Position numbers and translations under genes: made by a program. 64,000 nt of DNA. It comes from a virus. Its lineage: Duplodnaviria > Caudoviricetes. The stretch is from the IMG/VR virus record IMGVR_UViG_3300021387_000075. One strand, 5' to 3'. This document shows positions 58,398 to 64,000 of the stretch, one piece after another (positions within the stretch are counted from its first letter, which is position 1; each line of letters begins with the position of its first letter). Under the pieces are notes generated by a model. It was not told where the DNA came from and ran no database searches. It saw only the letters and a list, made by a program, of their open reading frames with translations.

Positions 58398-58753
58398 GCG
58401 AATTCCCTCACTTCACAGGTTGGAAGAGAGAATGCGGAATAGTAGGAATTTATTGATACTCCATCAATGGGGATTCCATTTTCATCAGATTTAGATGGCT
58501 CATGAAAAATTTTAACATCCCACTAATACCGATCACTTGGTTCAATTTCTATTGTATCCGCGCGCGTGAAATTGAAGTTTAATTCATTTCCCTCAACCGT
58601 CTATGATATTGATTTTAATACTTCCCTTGTTAACGGATCATATATATAAAAGACTGCAACATCCCCTTGCTCTGTCCCGGGAAGTAAAGGAAGAGTAAAT
58701 GTCCCCGTATCGCCGCGTGGTATAATTAGACGTCGCTATATTACTCTAATCAT
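58394..58753 (-). CDS. BppU-N-like baseplate accessory protein
   Basis: IIPRGDTGTFTL...Y[Q]WDVKI. Confidence 0.55.
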
Positions 58754-58765
58754 ATTATCACCGCC

Positions 58766-59302
58766 TTATTTGTATTTCTTATGCAGGTTTTCTGATATTG
58801 TAAGTACACTTCCAATATCATAACCTAATGTTTCTAACTTTATCCATTTCTTTTCGGCCCAAACTAACTCCTCATCTACATCGCAAATGAGGCATTCAAT
58901 TTCTAATGCGGCCGCAACCTCGCCAATGGAACAAAGTTCCTATCTCATAGCCTAATATAAAACCTTAGTTTCTTTTTCCCAATTTACCCATTTAGTCATT
59001 AGTTCTTTTACCGCATTGCGCTTAGTGCCAATATCAACATCAGGTGTCGTATATTTATACCAACTATCTGGTATTATTTGCGGCTAATCTAACTTATTCA
59101 ACTAAATTAATTTATGATAATGTGTTGCATAGTAATGAGAAAGCTTCCTATAATTCTTAGTCTCGCAAATATGATGATAATCATGACATCGTGCGAAACC
59201 GCTTAAGCCTAGGAAATCATATGCTTTAGCCATATCATCATGATACATGATACCTTCTACCATATGCGAAGCGAGCTTATTAAAAATCTCTTCAACTGTC
59301 AT
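58766..59302 (-). CDS. Ferritin-like helical protein (TAG-recoded)
   Basis: HMVEGIMYH, WVNWEKETK, LICDVDEE. Confidence 0.6.
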
Positions 59303-59319
59303 GATATGTCCTCCACTTA

Positions 59320-59733
59320 TTAACGGATTTGGGTTATAACCACATTAATATGGGCGTCTGTTAGAGCAGTATCTCCATTCATAAATGTTAAAGTCGTTGG
59401 AGTAGTAAGATAATTACAATTACAATTATTTTCTAATACGCGGACAAAAGTCTTAAAGCCAAAAGTACGAGTATCGGTTACTGCGGCAGGAACAAATGTA
59501 GTAATAGCCTGTGGTTGCGCTACATTGTTAACTTGTAGCTAAACTGATACCTCAGTCGCAGCGTCTGGCGTAGCAAAGCCATCCATTTCTACTAGATAAA
59601 TTCCACGCTTTTCAAGCGCAATAGTAGATGGGCTGCTTAGACGCTCGCCGCATCCTTTATCTACAACTACGTTGTTAAAGACAAATGGAGCATTAGCTTC
59701 AACAGCTAAGTTACTAGAATATACTTGTAACAT
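59320..59733 (-). CDS. Small beta-rich hypothetical protein
   Basis: ORF 59539..59733 extended across a TAG to TAA. Confidence 0.65.
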
Positions 59734-59825
59734 TGGACATTACCTCCGTTAATAAAAAAATAAGGGCGTACTAATAGTACGCCCATTAAATCGTATATTA
59801 TGGTGTACTATATACACTCTTAAAA

Positions 59826-60458
59826 TTACATATTACACCCGCCACAGAAAGGAGAATTTCCGGCGTTATAGGTCCAACCATTGGGATAACGGACTACTCC
59901 TTGTAGCTGATTTTGAAGCTCTAGCTGATTAATACGATTCTGCATAGCTTCCATCTTGTCGTCCTTAATCATGTCTTTTAGACTCTGGATCTAAGCAGTG
60001 AAGTTTGCATTGGTAGCAGCATCGCGCATTGCGGCATCATAGTTATTCTGCATTAGCTGCGCGCGTAAGTTGCAGCAACATTCGTTCTGATTAGCTAATA
60101 AATTAGCCTGTCCAACTTGTAGAGCAGCGATATCACGTTGAAGTTCACCATACTTATCATAGATACCAGCCATAATGTCATGATATACCTGATTAGTAGT
60201 AGCTACGGCCTGAGAAGTGCCATAATTAATGGCGTTCATGATATCACGATTCTGATCCTGAAGATCATTAAAGTTGAAACCATTCTGTACGAAATCTTGA
60301 GTAGCGTATTGAGGACGATAACCGCCGCCAAATCCAAATCCGCCGCCCATCATTGCTAAAATAGCAAAGAGCCAAATCATTCCGCCCCAGCCATTTCCGC
60401 CCATGCCATCGTTATTGAGTAGAGCTACATCAGAAGCTGTTAATCCATTTTCTCCCAT
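59826..60458 (-). CDS. Gly-rich membrane-anchored coiled-coil protein
   Basis: MGENGLTASDVALL...GGMIWLFAIL...ECCC; one TAG. Confidence 0.75.
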
Positions 60459-60700
60459 GATACACCATCCTCCTTTTAAATTATTTTTGTAAAATGATGT
60501 TATAAAGGGATTTGATGAGAAACTTCCCATCAAAAATAAAGTGGGAGTATAATGAAAAGTTTTAGATAGTTTCTCTCAGGAGGTAAAAAAAATAAGTGCG
60601 AATTTTATTCGCACTTAAAATTAAGCAGTTCGCTTAAAAGAAAATTTATTACACAATGAATCTAGCATTAATATATGGAGTATCCATATCATAATACCAA

Positions 60701-60985
60701 TTATTGAAAATTGATAGATAATAAAATATCAATATGATCATCTACTAAATTTTCATTAATAGATACAAGATTAGCCTAAATACTCTTTAAATCATAAATT
60801 ACATCTTCATTATGTATAATTTGTATTTCAGTAATACCGCTTAGTCCAATATTCTATAATCCAGTTATATCAGTTGTAACCACCTAACAATTACAAGTAC
60901 CAGTCATTGTGTTTTCACTAAAATTAGTGTACTTATTGAAGCTAATTACTTCACACTGGAAGTCATTTAATTTTAAATAATTCAT
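60701..60985 (-). CDS. Hypothetical protein (3 TAG)
   Basis: MNYLKLNDF...; GGAGG RBS. Confidence 0.6.
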
Positions 60986-60986
60986 A

Positions 60987-61283
60987 TTATCCTCCTTGAA
61001 GCTTATTCATAAGCTCACTTAAATTAATTCCATTATCACGCGCCATTTGCCTAGCAACACCTTCCAGTCCATTCGGATTCATCTTCATCATTGCGGCAAT
61101 TTGCGCGAATTGTGGGTTATTTTGTATCATTTGCTTCAACATAGCTTCCTTATTAGAAGCCATCTATAACTATTGCATCATCATGCGTGCTTGTGCCGTT
61201 GCTTGGTCAAGTTGCGGTGTCCACCCCGACTGTTGCTGGGGCATTGGTGCTCCGTTTCGCATTTGATTTATTAGATTTGGCAT
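60987..61283 (-). CDS. Gln/Met-rich small protein (3 TAG)
   Basis: MPNLINQMRNG...MIQNNPQF...MARDNGINL. Confidence 0.7.
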
Positions 61284-61623
61284 TTATCCATTCCTCCACG
61301 GCCGCGAGACGTGCGGCTAAATCGTTAGTATCTACTGGCTACGGCTTCTAATGTAAGCTAATATCAAAGCCAGTTATTGTTTTATTGCCATGCATATCAG
61401 TCCGAATCCACCATACCATATCTTCTATGGCATCTGGCAACCAAATTTCACTATTTGGGCCCATAGGAAATTGCCATGCGGCATTTTCACCTTGAAGTGG
61501 ATCTGCTTTATAAACGGGCAAACGGCTTGGTTGCCATTGCTATTGATATGGACTAAAATTAATACCGCCCATCTGGTATTGATTCTAATTCTAATTCTAA
61601 TTCTAATTTACAAAACTATTCAT
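61207..61623 (-). CDS. Asn/Gln-repeat protein (7 TAG)
   Basis: ATG AAT AGT TTT GTA (AAT TAG)x4 AAT CAA; FPMGPNSEI, WWIRTD. Confidence 0.7.
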
Positions 61624-61626
61624 TGT

Positions 61627-61887
61627 TTAATCCTCCAACTTGTCTAGTATTTGTAAAATATCTTTTAACTTATATTTAAGTTCAGATAAATCTGTTTTAG
61701 CCTGTTCAACTAAAAACTTTGACATCATCCATCCAGTCTGCTATCCATTTATTTTAATTTCAGACCATTCCCCATCCTCTTTTAGAACATCTACAATTGT
61801 GCCCTATTTAATAGAATCAATGATGCGCCCGTTAGGATGCTCGCGCAACCTAACGGGACTATTGTTATCAGCCTTCACTATCTTCAT
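61627..61887 (-). CDS. SH3b-domain small protein
   Basis: VRLREHP...GTIVDVL...WSEI...GWMMSKFL. Confidence 0.7.
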
Positions 61888-62194
61888 TTTTCTTTTCCTT
61901 GTTCATTTCGTATACTTGCTCTTCAATGGTCGCGCTTACAACGTCTTCATCGAAAGTAAGTTTGTACTTGGCAAGTAGCTGTTTAACTAAATCCATAGCA
62001 TAGGTTTTCTTATCCTTACCTGTGGTCAATTCAATAATCTATTCCGCGGCAGAAACTGCAATGCGAGAGAACTGACGCAACATTTGAAGTTGTTCTGGGT
62101 CTAGTTTAGACGCGATCCAAGGACGAATTACGCCCACATAAATACCGCCAAGCATGATTACGAATCCAATTATAATCCAAGTTACATCTGTCAT
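61868..62194 (-). CDS. Holin, LL-H-like; TAG at codon 52
   Basis: N-terminal TM segment; AVSAAE[Q], GKDKK, ATIEEQV. Confidence 0.8.
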
Positions 62195-62218
62195 ATTCGT
62201 AACCTCCTTTTTTCTTTT

Positions 62219-62247
62219 ATTATATCACATTTTATTGTAATTGTCAA
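62219..62247 (-). promoter_or_regulatory. Consensus sigma-A promoter upstream of the holin
   Basis: TTGACA-N17-TATAAT with extended -10 TG. Confidence 0.75.
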
Positions 62248-62251
62248 ATAT

Positions 62252-63046
62252 TTAAGTTATATCAAGAAACTTCGTCATCATATATCCTGATTTACCCTGA
62301 TAAGTTACACGAGTCCATTCTCCCTCAATAACCTAAACACGTTGTCCTTTATCTACGCGGGTAAGTATCGTAGCAGTAGTTGAAGGTGCAGAACGTAATG
62401 CTACTTTTGTAGCATTTACTAAGGCACTACCAATATTAACGGAGCTTTCTTTCTCTTCTGCGGGCGTTTGTGCGGGAGTATCCTTAGAACTGGCGCTATA
62501 ATTTACACCTTTAAGTTCGCCCCATTCACACCATTTTTTATTTGTAATATCAGAAGTAATTACACCCACCTAAGTACCAGATGCTTCTATTACTTTTCCA
62601 TTTCCAATATAAAGTCCTACATGGGAACGGTCAGATGTGCCTTTTAAAACAAATACGGCTGTACCTGGTTTTAATTCTTTTCCATCTGAGCGTTTTCCGC
62701 CTACTAATTTACCCTAAGCAGTACAATATTTATCCCACATTGTATTACTACCATGATACATAAAACCGCCTAGTTCTTTAAAAGACCAAGTAAATAATCC
62801 GGAACAGTCAGTTACATAATGTCCAACCCACTTAGAGCCATATCGTGCGGCGGAATAATACTTACTTTTCTTCGCAGATTCATTATTCATCCAACCCTCG
62901 CCATAATTAGTCATCATGTACTATACTTTTTGATTTTGTAAAGCAGTAGTCCATTTTGTATGAGTTGCGCCTAAAATATAACCCCATTTATTATCTAGGG
63001 CGTATTGAAACTTTGCAATTAAATCAGCCGTTCTGATCTCCGACAT
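62252..63046 (-). CDS. Endolysin: NlpC/P60-type peptidase + SH3b (4 TAG)
   Basis: WGYI, TDCSGLF, HVGLYIG, IEASGT[Q]; SH3b VALRSAPS...GYMMTKFL. Confidence 0.85.
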
Positions 63047-63371
63047 CTTCTTCACCTTCCTCTTCCTCTTCTGCGTTTGAGGAAGTTAATTTTGAAATTA
63101 AACTTTTAAATCCACCCTTGTCTAACCATTTTAAGACAAATTTATCACTATAAAGGTACTTTTCTCCAAGTGAATTTACTAGGTAAGTACCCTCATTTAT
63201 CATCATAATTGTGTCTAGACCCGCAATAGTAGAAACAAGCGCTTCTGCGGCAGATGGCACTAGGGCGGCCGCAATGATTACAGAAAAACGGTACAATGCC
63301 CATACCCAACATATAAATTTACTAAGCCGCTTGCTATACTATAATGCTGCGGCCGCAACCTTACCTGCCAT
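63024..63371 (-). CDS. Membrane protein in lysis region
   Basis: ORF extended upstream across a TAG; hydrophobic segment. Confidence 0.6.
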
Positions 63372-63376
63372 ATAAA

Positions 63377-63799
63377 TCACCTCAATTTATAATGGGGTTT
63401 TTCTTCCCCTAAGAATCTCCAACGAAGCCAATCGTCTAATAGTATACATAATGTAGAAAGTACAAGCCATATTAAGCAGAAAGGTAAGCTACATTGGCCC
63501 CAAAAGAATTCAAACTTTGTATATTGCCATATATTTAAGCGTAACAGAATGTTTAGAATTACGCCTGCAACAGCATCACTAAAAATTGCTACGCCCAGCC
63601 CAATAGTAGCTTGCTAAAAAATTGGCATTTCCCAATGAATTTTTCCATTAATATCTCCAATTAAAAAGCCAATAATTCCGCCAAGCGCGAAAATTGTCCA
63701 ATGCGCTGGCGCACCTTTCCAAATACTTTCTAGTCCATAATAAATTAAACCAAATATGATAAATAAAATTAAGTTTTTAATAAAAATCTTAAGTTTCAT
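63377..63799 (-). CDS. Multi-TM membrane protein
   Basis: FGLIYYGLE, HWTIFALGG, GQCSLPFCLIW, LGEEKPHY; one TAG. Confidence 0.7.
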
Positions 63800-64000
63800 T
63801 AGCCAATCACCTTCAATACTTCAGTTTTATATTCGTCAGGAATTGGAGTACCATAAGTAATTGCGGAAATTTCCTCTATTGTTTCAAGGGAATTAATATA
63901 TGCTTTTAATGCATTGTAATATGTGGTATGGTAAATTTTATGATTATTCATTGCGGCAATAATTGTATTGATTTCAGCCGCGGTATAATAAATACATTGT
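63799..64000 (-). CDS. DUF4376-like tail-associated protein, C-terminal part
   Basis: YHTTYYNALKAYI...ITYGTPIPDEY. Confidence 0.6.
   Translation of the reverse strand, partial: QCIYYTAAEINTIIAAMNNHKIYHTTYYNALKAYINSLETIEEISAITYGTPIPDEYKTEVLKVIG

Noticed and set aside
327-62763. All plus-strand ORFs in the track
   Set aside because: They are antisense to recognisable minus-strand genes or RNAs and show no recognisable motifs
37012-64000. Pseudogene decay of structural genes
   Set aside because: The interruptions I checked are all in-frame TAG, with no frameshifts, and a CUA tRNA is present; this is recoding

Overview
This window is part of a large AT-rich tailed phage genome, probably infecting a Firmicute (GGAGG ribosome-binding sites, many consensus sigma-A promoters). 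All credible genes lie on the minus strand. The phage uses an alternative genetic code in which TAG is read as Gln. In-frame TAGs align with Gln in an internal paralogue pair and in conserved motifs, the genes I traced end in TAA/TGA, and an amber-suppressor tRNA(CUA) is encoded at 34800-34887. The supplied ORF track therefore fragments or misses many genes. Layout: (1) ~1-27 kb, nucleotide, DNA and RNA-repair genes with few TAGs (NCS2 permease, PIN-PhoH, ClpP, DNA ligase, dNMP kinase, RNase H, RNA ligase, nucleotidyltransferase, DUF2828/vWA Ro60-like protein, Pnk, phosphoesterases). (2) ~23.6-35 kb, 17 tRNAs, several with rare anticodons, mixed with structured non-coding elements, including an ACAGC-bulge stem family and a circularly permuted, Y-RNA-like tRNA mimic. 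(3) 28-37 kb, a recoding-hidden radical-SAM/SPASM peptide-modification system: two maturase+partner pairs and a 17-Cys CxxxC-repeat substrate. (4) 37-64 kb, TAG-rich tail fibre/adhesin, structural and lysis genes. Family assignments come from motif recognition by eye, not database searches.
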